From an uncultured Acidobacteriota bacterium (GTDB taxonomy: Bacteria; Acidobacteriota; Vicinamibacteria; Fen-336): DNA of 64,000 nt. Shown here piece by piece: positions 1-9,433 of this stretch; the first letter of the stretch is position 1; each line of letters opens with the position of its first letter. A program made the position numbers and the translations under genes. The notes beneath the pieces were generated by a model. It was not told where the DNA came from, did no database searches, and saw only the letters and a program-made list of their open reading frames with translations. The stretch spans positions 2,336,001 through 2,400,000 of the forward strand of contig OY970399.1 in NCBI GenBank assembly GCA_963720545.1. The letters run 5' to 3'.

Positions 1-651
1 ACGATTCCCCTCGGCCTCGACCTCTCGGCCCTCAGCGGCGCCTTGCCGCGCGGTGCGCTGCGCGCGGAGCTCGGCAAGCCGTCGCAGCTGCTCGTCGGCA
101 TCGTCGGCCGGCTCGCGCCGATCAAGGACGTCGCGGCGTTCCTGCAGATGGCGCGGCTGCTGCGCTCGCGGCGCGCCGACCTGCACTTCGTCATTGCCGG
201 CGACGGCCCGGAGCGTGCAGCGCTCGAGGCCGAAGCGCTTCGTCTCGGCGTCGCGGAGTCGGTTTCCTTCCTTGGCTGGCGCCATGACCTGGCGCAGCTC
301 TACGCCGATCTCGACGTGGTCGTGAACTGCTCGCGGAACGAGGGCACTCCGGTCGCCCTCATCGAGGCACTCGCCGCGGGCAGGCCTGTGGTGGCAACCC
401 GGGTCGGCGGTAACGGCGATTTGCTTCAGGACGGACAGTTCGGGCAGCTGGTAGCGCCAGGCGACATCGCGGCCCTGGCCGCGGCCGTCGAAAAGGCGCT
501 GGCCGGAGGCGGCACTCACGCCGCCGCGGCCGCCACCGCCGCCGCGCGCGCACACATCATCGAACGCTATTCCAGCAACCGCCTCATCGACGACATGGAG
601 CGCTTCTATCGCAAGCTGCTTGCGGCTTCGCCGCGCGCGAGCAACGCCTGA
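1..651 (+). CDS. Glycosyltransferase family 4 (GT-B), 5'-truncated by window edge
   Basis: Frame 1 is open from base 1; VGRLAPIKD, GDGPER and EGTPVALIEALAAGRPVVATRVGG motifs typical of GT4. Confidence 0.9.
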   Translation, partial: TIPLGLDLSALSGALPRGALRAELGKPSQLLVGIVGRLAPIKDVAAFLQMARLLRSRRADLHFVIAGDGPERAALEAEALRLGVAESVSFLGWRHDLAQLYADLDVVVNCSRNEGTPVALIEALAAGRPVVATRVGGNGDLLQDGQFGQLVAPGDIAALAAAVEKALAGGGTHAAAAATAAARAHIIERYSSNRLIDDMERFYRKLLAASPRASNA

Positions 652-1773
652 ATGGAACCGGCGCTCCTGACTGGCCTCACGTTCCTGGCAACTGCAAGCC
701 TCAGCGCCGCGCTGGTGCCGCCGGTGCGCGCGCTGGCGCGCCGCGTCGACGTCATCGACCGTCCCGGAGGACGCCGCGGCCACGTGGCACCCACCCCGCG
801 CCTCGGCGGGCTCGCCATCTTCTGCGCGTTCTTCGCCATCGTCCTCGGCGGCTACTGGCTCGCCCTCACGATGGGCGAAGCCGGCATCGCGCGCACCACC
901 CTCGGCGCGGCGGCGGAGCGGCTGCGCGAGGCGTGGCGGGTCGAGGGCAAGCTGCTCGGCATCATGGCAGGCAGCATCCTCATCTTTGCGGTCGGCATGA
1001 TGGACGACATGTTGGGCGCCCGCTTTCCGGCGCTCGCCAAGCTGCTCGGCGAGCTGGCCGCGGCAGCGATCGTCGTCTATGCGGGCGTGCACACCACCTT
1101 CATGCCCGCCCACTGGATGAACGCGGTGGTGACGCTCCTGTGGATCGTCGGCATGACCAACGCGTTCAACCTGCTCGACAACATGGACGGGCTCGCCGCC
1201 GGCGTCGCGTTCATCGCCGCCTTTGCCCTGCTCGTCAATGCCTGGAGCCTGGGCACCTTCTTCGTCTGCCTCATCCTGGTCGCCTTCATGGGCAGCCTGC
1301 TGGGTTTCCTCCTCTACAACTTCCACCCGGCGTCCATCTTCATGGGTGACGCCGGCAGCCTGTTCATCGGCTTCGTCATGGCGACGATCACGCTGCTCGA
1401 GACTTATGTCTCGAAGGCGTCGAGCTCGCTGTTCCCGGTGCTGATGCCGGTGCTGGTGCTGGCGGTGCCGCTCGTCGATACCGCCACGGTGGTGATCATC
1501 CGGCTGCTCGAGCGGCGTCCGATCTACGTCGGTGACCAGCGCCATCTCTCGCATCGGCTGGTGGCGCTCGGCTTCTCGCGTCCCGCGGCGGTACTGCTCA
1601 TCTACTTGTTTTCGCTCTGCCTCGGGCTGGGTGCCGTCTCCCTGGTCGATGCGACCCCCCTGCAAAGCGCTCTGGTCCTGCTCCAGGCGGTCGTTTTTGT
1701 CACGCTGCTCCTCTTTCTGATGTTCGCGCCGCGCGGGACTGCCCGCGATGCGCTCCAAAGGTCCACCGACTGA
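652..1773 (+). CDS. WecA/TagO-like polyprenyl-phosphate HexNAc-1-phosphate transferase (MraY family)
   Basis: Multi-TM protein with PTPRLGG, GMMDD, NAFNLLDNMDGL, FMGDAGS and HLSHRL motifs. Confidence 0.9.
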   Translation: MEPALLTGLTFLATASLSAALVPPVRALARRVDVIDRPGGRRGHVAPTPRLGGLAIFCAFFAIVLGGYWLALTMGEAGIARTTLGAAAERLREAWRVEGKLLGIMAGSILIFAVGMMDDMLGARFPALAKLLGELAAAAIVVYAGVHTTFMPAHWMNAVVTLLWIVGMTNAFNLLDNMDGLAAGVAFIAAFALLVNAWSLGTFFVCLILVAFMGSLLGFLLYNFHPASIFMGDAGSLFIGFVMATITLLETYVSKASSSLFPVLMPVLVLAVPLVDTATVVIIRLLERRPIYVGDQRHLSHRLVALGFSRPAAVLLIYLFSLCLGLGAVSLVDATPLQSALVLLQAVVFVTLLLFLMFAPRGTARDALQRSTD

Positions 1774-3161
1774 TGTCCACCGCGCTCTTCCTCGCCGCGT
1801 TGCTGCTGGCCCAGGCCCCGGCACCGGCACCGACGCCCTCGCCGGACGTGAGGGCGCTGTTTCCAGAGCCCGAGGCGCCCCCCGAACCGCCGCCGCCCGC
1901 CCCGAGTGAAAACGGACCGCCAGGCATCGCCATCGGCGCGGGCGCGCTGCAGCCGTCGCTGGTCCTGTCGCTGATCCGCGGCGACATCTTTCCGAGCGCC
2001 ACCGCCGAACGCCCGTTCAAGGTGCGCGACACCTACTTCCAGATCGAGCCGCGCCTCAACTTCGTTTATCCGGTGGGCGCGGGCGGCGAGTTTCGCGCCG
2101 GTTACGAACCGGCGTTTCGCCGCGGCAGCGCCCTTCAAGAGGTGACAGCGTCGAGCCACCGGCTCGGCGCCGGGATCGAACTGCCGCTGGGAACGAGCTT
2201 CCTGCTGCGCGCCGCCGATCAGTGGTCGAAGGGCATCCTCGACGTCACCCAGGTGGATCCCGGCCAGGAATATTTCTTCCGCCTGCAGCCCTTCAGGCAC
2301 AACGTCTTCGACGTGAATGGCACGCTCGCGGGCGGCGACACCAGCATCGACGGCGGCGCCACCCTCAGCCGCGTCACGATCGAGCCCGGCTCGGGCTTCT
2401 TCTCGAACCGCTCGCAACAGTATTACGGCGGCATCAGCCGCAGCCTCGCCGCCACGCTGCGGCTGCGCCTCGGTTACACCCGCGAGCGCATCCCGCGCCC
2501 CATCGACCGGCCCGAGGTCGAGAGCCGCGCCAACATCTACACGCTCAGCCTCGACGGCACCCTGGCACCGCTGCTTGACGGGCAGATCTCGGCCGGCTAT
2601 CGCGACCAGAAGACGCCGAACGCCGGCGCCGGCGGCCGGAGCTTCAAGGGTCTGGTGGTCGCCGGGCGCCTCGAGAAGGAGTTCACGCGTTCGACCCGCC
2701 TCGCGCTCTGGGGCAGCCGCGACACCCGCGTGGACCTGCTGCGCCGCAACGGGCTCTACGCGACGACCGGCGGCCAGCCCGAAATCGCACTGCCCACCAC
2801 CTCCGCCTTCGAGGAGAACGCCTTCTACGTCGCCAAGGCATTCAACTCCGAGCTGCAGTTCGAGCTGCCTCTGCAACTCACGGCGCGCGCCGCGGCGCAG
2901 TGGCAGAACAACGAATACCGCACCGTCGCCTCGGCCATCGGCAAGCGGCGCAGCGACGATTTTTTCGGCTGGGCGCTGGGCTTCGGGCGTTCCCTCACAC
3001 GCCACGCCTGGGTGAGAATCGACTATCGTCGTGACCGCCGGGACTCCAACATCGACGTCTTCGACGTCAGGACCGAGGCGCTGCTGGTGCAGCTCGGCTT
3101 TGGCTTCCAGGGATCGCGCGGCCGGCCGAAATTCAGCGGCGGCAGCGAGAGCCAGGACTAG
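1773..3161 (+). CDS. Outer-membrane beta-barrel protein of exopolysaccharide export operon
   Basis: Signal peptide, Pro-rich linker, alternating amphipathic strands; sits between the WecA-like gene and wza with TGATG coupling. Confidence 0.7.
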   Translation: MSTALFLAALLLAQAPAPAPTPSPDVRALFPEPEAPPEPPPPAPSENGPPGIAIGAGALQPSLVLSLIRGDIFPSATAERPFKVRDTYFQIEPRLNFVYPVGAGGEFRAGYEPAFRRGSALQEVTASSHRLGAGIELPLGTSFLLRAADQWSKGILDVTQVDPGQEYFFRLQPFRHNVFDVNGTLAGGDTSIDGGATLSRVTIEPGSGFFSNRSQQYYGGISRSLAATLRLRLGYTRERIPRPIDRPEVESRANIYTLSLDGTLAPLLDGQISAGYRDQKTPNAGAGGRSFKGLVVAGRLEKEFTRSTRLALWGSRDTRVDLLRRNGLYATTGGQPEIALPTTSAFEENAFYVAKAFNSELQFELPLQLTARAAAQWQNNEYRTVASAIGKRRSDDFFGWALGFGRSLTRHAWVRIDYRRDRRDSNIDVFDVRTEALLVQLGFGFQGSRGRPKFSGGSESQD

Positions 3162-3165
3162 GCGG

Positions 3166-4029
3166 ATGAAACTACTGTTGCGCAGCGTCAGGTTCGCATC
3201 GCTCGCCGCCGGCCTGCTCCTCGGCCTGGTCGCGGAAAGCCGCGCCCAGGAAACCGCGGCCGCCGCGCCGGACGAGTATCGTCTCGGCGCCGGCGATGTC
3301 CTCGACGTCATCGTGATCGGCAACCAGGACGCCTCACGCGTCGCACCCATCGATCCCGGCGGCACCATCACGCTGCCGCTCGTCGGCGAGGTGCCGGTGG
3401 CCGGTCGCACCCTCGCGGAGGTGCGCCAGGAGGTGACGGCACTGCTCGCGAAGGACTACCTCGTGAACCCGCAGGTTGACGTGCGCATCAAGGAGTACGG
3501 CAGCCGTTTCGCGCTCGTCGTCGGCGAGATGCGCCAGCCGGGCCGGCGCCCACTGCGCGCCAACAGCCGGCTCATCGACGTGCTCATGGAGGCCGGCGGC
3601 TTCACGCCGCAGGCCTCGGGCGATGTGCTCATCACGCGCGTCGATGGCACGTTCCCGGACGGCAGCAAGAGCCTGCGCGTGCGCATCACCGCGCAGAACG
3701 CGACCGCAGCCGACCACGCCGGCGTCGAAACCACGCTGCACGCGGGCGACATCATCGTGGCGGCGCCCAAGGCCTACGTCATCGTCGAAGGCGAAGTCGC
3801 GCGTCCGGGGCGCTTCGTGATCGACGGCAACCTCACGATCACCGGCGGCATCTCCATCGCCGGCGGCCTCACCCGCTACGGCAGCAGCACCGTGAGGATC
3901 CGCCGCACCGATGCCGCGGGCAAGACCGCGATCACGGAGGTCGATCTGAAGGCGATTCGCAAGGGCAAGGCCGAAGACGTGCTGCTGCAGGCGGACGACG
4001 TCGTCAGCGTCAGCCGCCGCCGGTTCTAG
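3166..4029 (+). CDS. wza: Polysaccharide export protein (Wza/OPX; Poly_export + SLBB domains)
   Basis: YRLGAGDVLDV, GTITLPLVGEVPVAGRT, VEGEVARPG motifs; start moved to ATG 3166 (MKLLLRS signal peptide). Confidence 0.88.
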   Translation: MKLLLRSVRFASLAAGLLLGLVAESRAQETAAAAPDEYRLGAGDVLDVIVIGNQDASRVAPIDPGGTITLPLVGEVPVAGRTLAEVRQEVTALLAKDYLVNPQVDVRIKEYGSRFALVVGEMRQPGRRPLRANSRLIDVLMEAGGFTPQASGDVLITRVDGTFPDGSKSLRVRITAQNATAADHAGVETTLHAGDIIVAAPKAYVIVEGEVARPGRFVIDGNLTITGGISIAGGLTRYGSSTVRIRRTDAAGKTAITEVDLKAIRKGKAEDVLLQADDVVSVSRRRF

Positions 4030-4061
4030 GCGCCAGTGGCTTCGCCCATGGGGAGGACGTA

Positions 4062-6185
4062 GTGCCCGCACCGATCACGCTCGCATCGCCGCCAGGTCCG
4101 GCGCTGCCGGGTGCGCACGCCGAAGAGGCGCGCTTCGACCTGCGCTACTACGCGCACCTCCTGTGGCGCGCGCGGCTGCTGCTGGTGGCGGCCGCCCTCC
4201 TGGGCCTCGGGCTGATGACGCTCTACGGCTACCTGCAGACCCCGGTGTACCGCGCCAACGCCATGCTGCAGATCGAGCCGCCGACGCCGATGCTCATGAA
4301 CGTCACCGATTCGCTTCTCGGCAGCGGCTCGTTCTGGCAGAACGCCGACTTCTACAACACGCAGTTCAAGATCCTCAAGTCGCGGGGCCTGGGCGACAAG
4401 GTGGTGGCGGCGCTGAAGCTCGACGCGCAGCCCGAGTTCAAGGGCGCGCGCGATCCGGGCTCCATCTTCATGGGGCACGTCGAGATCGAGCCCATCCCGG
4501 AGAGCCGGCTCGTCAACGTCAGCATCCGCCACACCGACCCGCAAGCCGCGGCCGACTGGGCGAACGCGCTCGCCGACCTGTTCATCCGCGAATCGGTCGC
4601 CAACCGCATGCAGCAGGCGACGCAGGTGATGGACTGGCTCACCGAGCAGGTGAAGCAGACGCAGGCGTCGATGCAGACGGCGCAGACCGAGCTCATCCAG
4701 GGCCTGCAGCGCCGGGACCTCGCGACGACGCCGGGCGCGCAGTCGACGATGGACGCGTCGATCGAAAGGCTGCAGACCGAGTACCTGGAGGCCAAGACGC
4801 GGCGCATCACCATCGAGGCGGCGCTGACGCAGATCCGCGACCTGCGCAGCCGCGACCTCGGACTGCAGTCGGTGCCGCAGGTGGCGGCCGACCAGCAGAC
4901 CGCGGCGCTCGACGCCGAGCTCGCGGGTCTCGAGTCGCAGCTCTCCATCCTGCGCGGGCGCTTTCGCGAGGGCCACCCCGAAGTGCTGAAGGTGACGGCG
5001 CAGATCGCGCAGACCAGGCGCGCCGTCGCCGACCGGGCCAACGCGGTGGCGGCCGGGCTGCAGGCGGAATACACGCAGCTGCAGAAGCGCGAGTCCGAGC
5101 TGCAGGGCGCGATCGGCGGACAGCGTGCCGCCGCCGTCAACCAGTCGCGCGCCACCGCCGAGATGGAGACGCTGCGCAAGCGCACCGACTCCACCAAGAA
5201 CCTCTACGACGTGCTGCTGCAGAAGCTGAACGAGACCAACATCGCCGCCTCGATGCGCAACAGCAACGCCTCGGTGGTGGAGCGCGCCACCGTGCCGGTC
5301 GCGCCGGTGTGGCCCGACAAGCGCCGCATCGCGCTCTTCGGCCTCGGTGCGGGCCTGCTGGCTGGCGTCGGCCTGGTGCTGTTGCGCGATCACCTCGACA
5401 ACACCTTCAAGGATCCGGAGGAAGTCGAGCGCTACCTGCACACCGAACTGCTCGCGGCGATTCCCAGGGCCGGTGATCCGCGCCTGCTGACCGAGGCTTA
5501 CCAGAACCTGCGCACCGCGCTGCTGTTCGCGCGCCGCTCCGAAGAAGGCCAGATCGTGCTGATCACCGGCACGGCGCCGCAGGAAGGCAAGACCACGACG
5601 CTCGTGAACCTCGGCAAGCTGCTGGCGGCGGCGGGAGAGTCGACGATCCTCGTCGACTGCGACCTGCGGCGCGCGCAGGTGCACGATCGCCTGGGGCTGC
5701 CGCGCGAGCCAGGCGTCACCAACTACTTCACCCAGCACCTCGGCATCGACACCCTGGTGCAGTCGGGCGGCGCGCCCGCGCTCGCGGCGCTCACCGCCGG
5801 ACCGCTGCCGCCCAATCCGCCGGCGCTCCTCGCCCGCGGCCAGCTCGACAACCTGTTTGCCGAGCTGCGGCAGCGCTACCGGTGGATCCTCGTCGACTCA
5901 CCGCCGCTCGCCTCCGTGACCGACGCGCTGCTCCTGGCGCGCCGTTCGGACATGGTGGTCGTGATCGTCAAGCACAACGGCATCGACAAACGGCTGGTGC
6001 GCCGCGCCATTGGCGCGCTACGGCGGGTCGGCGCGCCGCTACTCGGCGTGGTACTGAACATGTTGGAACTGCACGTCGGCAACTACTACTACTACTATTA
6101 CAACCGGCAGGAGAGTCCGCCGGGCGCTGTACCGCAGGTCATCAAGCCCCACTTGCGGCGCGTCGCCGCAGGAGACGACCGCTAG
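4062..6185 (+). CDS. wzc: Polysaccharide co-polymerase / BY-kinase (Wzc/GumC)
   Basis: Two TM segments around coiled-coil region, EAYQNLRT, Walker A APQEGKTT, VDCDLRR, VDSPP, C-terminal Tyr cluster NYYYYYYN. Confidence 0.92.
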   Translation: MPAPITLASPPGPALPGAHAEEARFDLRYYAHLLWRARLLLVAAALLGLGLMTLYGYLQTPVYRANAMLQIEPPTPMLMNVTDSLLGSGSFWQNADFYNTQFKILKSRGLGDKVVAALKLDAQPEFKGARDPGSIFMGHVEIEPIPESRLVNVSIRHTDPQAAADWANALADLFIRESVANRMQQATQVMDWLTEQVKQTQASMQTAQTELIQGLQRRDLATTPGAQSTMDASIERLQTEYLEAKTRRITIEAALTQIRDLRSRDLGLQSVPQVAADQQTAALDAELAGLESQLSILRGRFREGHPEVLKVTAQIAQTRRAVADRANAVAAGLQAEYTQLQKRESELQGAIGGQRAAAVNQSRATAEMETLRKRTDSTKNLYDVLLQKLNETNIAASMRNSNASVVERATVPVAPVWPDKRRIALFGLGAGLLAGVGLVLLRDHLDNTFKDPEEVERYLHTELLAAIPRAGDPRLLTEAYQNLRTALLFARRSEEGQIVLITGTAPQEGKTTTLVNLGKLLAAAGESTILVDCDLRRAQVHDRLGLPREPGVTNYFTQHLGIDTLVQSGGAPALAALTAGPLPPNPPALLARGQLDNLFAELRQRYRWILVDSPPLASVTDALLLARRSDMVVVIVKHNGIDKRLVRRAIGALRRVGAPLLGVVLNMLELHVGNYYYYYYNRQESPPGAVPQVIKPHLRRVAAGDDR

Positions 6186-6206
6186 CAAAGCGCCGGATCG
6201 ACCCCG

Positions 6207-7565
6207 CTACTCCTGGCTCGACGGTGCGCTGGCCTGGACCGGGCTCGGGACTTCCGGGATCGGCACGAAGGGGGAGACGCCAGGAACCGTCGGCGGCTCG
6301 CCGGCAGTCGGAGCCGGCTGCCCGGGAACTGCGACGTGAGTGACCTGCTGTCCCGACGGCGGGTTGGGCTGGGGCGGTGCCACGTCCGCGCAGCTTGCGC
6401 CCATGCTGGCGCGGTTTTCCTTGCGCAGGAAATCAACGGCGTCGACCATCTTGCTGCGCGTGACCGGACCGTCCGGGCCGAGTTCGAGGCCGAGGCCCTT
6501 GAGGGCCGCGACGTACGCGTCCGCGCCGGCCTGCTTGCGCTGCACACGCACAGCTTCGACGGTGGAGTTGGGGCCGAGGCGCACCGCGACCGCGTGTGGG
6601 CCGGCAGTGAAGTCGGATGACAGCACCGGCGTCCATTCGCCCGCAGCGGTGCCGCGCCGCGAGCCGGTGCAGACCACTTGCTTCTTGCAGCCGTCTGCCG
6701 TCCACTGCTGCCCGCCGTTCAGGTTGCCCTTGACGGAGACGGTGTAGAGGCCGGCTTCGGGAACCTGGAACGTGAGCAGGCCTTCGGCGCCTTGCGGGCC
6801 GGAGTCGAAGTTGTCCGTAACGGCCGCCTGCCGCAGCGCCGGCAGGTAGCGTGCGATGGCGCTGCCCGGCAGGTCGAGCGGCACGCCGGCGGGGGCGAGT
6901 TCCGATTCCTTGTCGAGCGCGCGCAGCGTCGTCACCGCCACGTCGTCGGTGGTCGCGACCTTCGCGGTCTGCCAGCCGCCGAGCGGCTCGATGTTGGTGA
7001 CGCACGGCGGCACCACTTCGAAGCGATCGAGCGAAGTGCCGGGCGGCAGCAGCACCGAGGCGAGGTAAGCGCCGCCTGCGAGCTGCACGCGGCCGCCGTC
7101 GACCCAGGCCGCCTGCGCCGCGGGGCGCAGCGTGAACGTAGCGAGCGGCTTGTCGCCCTTGCGATCCGTCACTTCGACGGACGCCGGCTTGTCGGCCGGG
7201 CCGCTGAGGTGTGCGCGAATCTGGTATTCGCCGGGGCGTGCGACGGTGAGCGGATAGCTCGCCTGCCCGACGCCCGCTTCGGCGGCGACCGCGTTCGGCG
7301 GGTCGCCGAGCACGCGCACCGCATCGGCTTTCTCGAACTCGCTGCCCTTGAAAGCCAGGCTCGAGTGCCACGCGAGAGCGCCGAAGGCAACCGACGCCGT
7401 GTCCATTCCCGGGCTTTCGAGGTCGAGGCCACGCAGCATCATGCGCGCCCATTCCGGGTGGCTGACGGCGGACACCCGAGGGTCTCCGTAGAGCGGATAA
7501 AGCAGAGCGAAGCCGACGGTAACCGCAGCCGCGACCGCAATGCCGAGGGAGCTTTTCGACTGCAT
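6207..7565 (-). CDS. Hypothetical exported protein with two probable beta-sandwich (CBM-like) repeats and Pro-rich tail
   Basis: 452-aa ORF with N-terminal hydrophobic segment and GC3-rich codon usage; SD-like GAGG upstream. Confidence 0.7.
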   Translation of the reverse strand: MQSKSSLGIAVAAAVTVGFALLYPLYGDPRVSAVSHPEWARMMLRGLDLESPGMDTASVAFGALAWHSSLAFKGSEFEKADAVRVLGDPPNAVAAEAGVGQASYPLTVARPGEYQIRAHLSGPADKPASVEVTDRKGDKPLATFTLRPAAQAAWVDGGRVQLAGGAYLASVLLPPGTSLDRFEVVPPCVTNIEPLGGWQTAKVATTDDVAVTTLRALDKESELAPAGVPLDLPGSAIARYLPALRQAAVTDNFDSGPQGAEGLLTFQVPEAGLYTVSVKGNLNGGQQWTADGCKKQVVCTGSRRGTAAGEWTPVLSSDFTAGPHAVAVRLGPNSTVEAVRVQRKQAGADAYVAALKGLGLELGPDGPVTRSKMVDAVDFLRKENRASMGASCADVAPPQPNPPSGQQVTHVAVPGQPAPTAGEPPTVPGVSPFVPIPEVPSPVQASAPSSQE

Positions 7566-7590
7566 TACTTGCCTCGTCGGACCTTGGTTT

Positions 7591-7639
7591 TTGACAACTT
7601 GTCCACGGCTAACTTAGCCTCCGAGGCCAGGCATGTCAA
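7591..7639. promoter_or_regulatory. Overlapping divergent sigma70-like promoters
   Basis: Plus: TTGACA 7591-7596, 18 bp, TAGCCT 7615-7620. Minus: TTGACA 7639-7634, 17 bp, TAAGTT 7616-7611. Confidence 0.5.
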
Positions 7640-8691
7640 AGTGTATCCAACACACTCTCATAGACATAGCCCGGGTTCGTCACCTCAAGCGGGTGCCTTC
7701 CGGCATGCCCGGGAACGACCTTTGCCGCGCCGCCGAACGGCAGGGGGTCCTGGCCCTCTTCGGCCCCTCGAAACCACCCGTCTTCGCCGCCGCGATGGTG
7801 CGCGAGGCGGTGCGCACCACCCGGCTCCTCGACCTCGCGCTGCGCCTCCAGGCGCACCTCGAAACACTCGGTGTGCGCTCGCTCACTTTGAAGGGCGCAG
7901 CACTCCACGGCACGGCTTACCCGGATGTCGAGAGCCGTCCGATGGTCGACGCCGACCTGTTGGTGCTCGACGACATCGCGAGCGCCGAGGCGGCGGCGCG
8001 TTCGCTCGGCCTCGTGTTCGTCGAGCGCGCCGATCACGCCGTCGCGTATCGCGAACCCCGAAGTGGCGCGATGGTCGAGCTGCACTGGAGCGTCACCTCG
8101 GCGCCCGGGTTCTTTCCGGTCGACAAGGAATCGCTTTGGCGCGGCCGCCGCCGGCTCGCCACGGGCCTCTTGGCGCCGTCGGCCGCCGACACGCTGGTGC
8201 TGCTCGCGCTGCACGCGGCGTTTCAGCACGGCCTGGTGCTGCGGCTGGTGCAACACGGCGACTTCCACGCCTTGTTGGCGAGTGAGGGGCCCGATCCGCG
8301 GCGCATCGTCGCGCGCGCCGCCGAGTGGCGTGCGGGCCTCGCCGTGGTTGCTGCACTGCAGATCGCCGGCCACTTGCTCGGCACGCCGGACCGAGCGGCA
8401 GCGGTGCTCGCCGAGCTGCGCGATTTCCGGCTGCGCGGGCCGCTCGCGCGCCACGTCGCGAGCGCGGCGGAAACGCCCGAACGCTTTCTCGAGCCGGCCG
8501 AGCCGCGCCTCGCGATGGTGCGCCTCTCACTGGCGCGCGGGCACCGACTCGACCTCGTGCGCCGCACGCTCTGGCCGCTCTCGCCCGACGACGGGAGCGC
8601 GCGCGGCTTCACTCGCGCCGCTTTGGGCGTGCGCCGCGGCGCGCGCCTCGTCGGCCGCCATTTCGCCGGCTGGGCCGGCAGCGCGTCGTGA
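7633..8691 (+). CDS. Nucleotidyltransferase family protein (NTP_transf_5-like)
   Basis: LKGAAL..YP..SRPMVDADLLV and VELHW motifs, L..HAA.H further downstream; start codon uncertain. Confidence 0.8.
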   Translation: MSKCIQHTLIDIARVRHLKRVPSGMPGNDLCRAAERQGVLALFGPSKPPVFAAAMVREAVRTTRLLDLALRLQAHLETLGVRSLTLKGAALHGTAYPDVESRPMVDADLLVLDDIASAEAAARSLGLVFVERADHAVAYREPRSGAMVELHWSVTSAPGFFPVDKESLWRGRRRLATGLLAPSAADTLVLLALHAAFQHGLVLRLVQHGDFHALLASEGPDPRRIVARAAEWRAGLAVVAALQIAGHLLGTPDRAAAVLAELRDFRLRGPLARHVASAAETPERFLEPAEPRLAMVRLSLARGHRLDLVRRTLWPLSPDDGSARGFTRAALGVRRGARLVGRHFAGWAGSAS

Positions 8692-9119
8692 TCGATCACG
8701 ACGGCGCCGCGAGCGCAGCCGTCGCGCGCGAGGCCGTCGCGTTGAACCTCGCGGCCGCGGCCTCGGTGTGCATCCGCGTCAGCGGCCGCTGCATGGAACC
8801 GGCGCTGCTCGCGGGCGAACTGGTGGAGCTGCGGCGCACGCGGCCGCGGGTGGGCGACGTGGTGCTGGCGCAGCTGCCGCAGGGCCTGCGGCTGCATCGC
8901 CTGCTGCTGAAGCTGCCGCTCGGCGCTGGCTGGCGCACCAAGGGCGACCGCTGCGACCCGTGGGACGCGAAGATCTCCGGCCGCGAGGTGATCGCCACGG
9001 TGGTGCGCTCGTGCGCCACCGGCCGTACGCCCCATAGCCGCGGATTGGCTCTGCGTTCGCTCGCGTCTGCGCTACGCTGGCGCCTGCGCGTGCAGCGCAT
9101 CAAGCCGGAGGGACAATGA
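8688..9119 (+). CDS. S24/S26 peptidase-like protein (Cys at the canonical catalytic Ser position)
   Basis: VSGRCMEPAL..GDVV..LHRL..TKGD..D; GTG start overlaps upstream stop (GTGA). Confidence 0.72.
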   Translation: MIDHDGAASAAVAREAVALNLAAAASVCIRVSGRCMEPALLAGELVELRRTRPRVGDVVLAQLPQGLRLHRLLLKLPLGAGWRTKGDRCDPWDAKISGREVIATVVRSCATGRTPHSRGLALRSLASALRWRLRVQRIKPEGQ

Positions 9120-9433
9120 CGCACAACCCGCTGCGCACCATCTACGCGCGCTCCGACCGCATCGTCGGCCGGCGTATCGGCCCGGAGTTCGTGCTGGTGC
9201 CGCTCGTCGGCCACGGCGCCGAGCTCGAGGCGATCTACAACCTCGGCGGCGCGGGCGTCTTCATCTGGGAGCGGATCGACGGCCGCACCGACGGCGACAC
9301 CATCGTCGACGAGATGATCGCGGCGTTCGACGTGCAGCGCCCGGAAGCGGCGGAAGACTACGCGACCTTTACCCGCCACCTCGTCGAGATCGGCGCCCTG
9401 AAGGTGGTTTCGGCGCCGATCCGCCGGAAATGA
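9116..9433 (+). CDS. Stand-alone PqqD-family RiPP recognition element (RRE)
   Basis: RRIGPEFVLVP..IYNLGGAGVFIWERIDG..IVDEM..FDV..A..D...F...LVEIGAL pattern; ATGA-coupled. Confidence 0.88.
   Translation: MTHNPLRTIYARSDRIVGRRIGPEFVLVPLVGHGAELEAIYNLGGAGVFIWERIDGRTDGDTIVDEMIAAFDVQRPEAAEDYATFTRHLVEIGALKVVSAPIRRK

Noticed and set aside
6081..6103. TAC trinucleotide run as a phase-variable microsatellite
   Set aside because: Encodes the normal Wzc C-terminal tyrosine cluster
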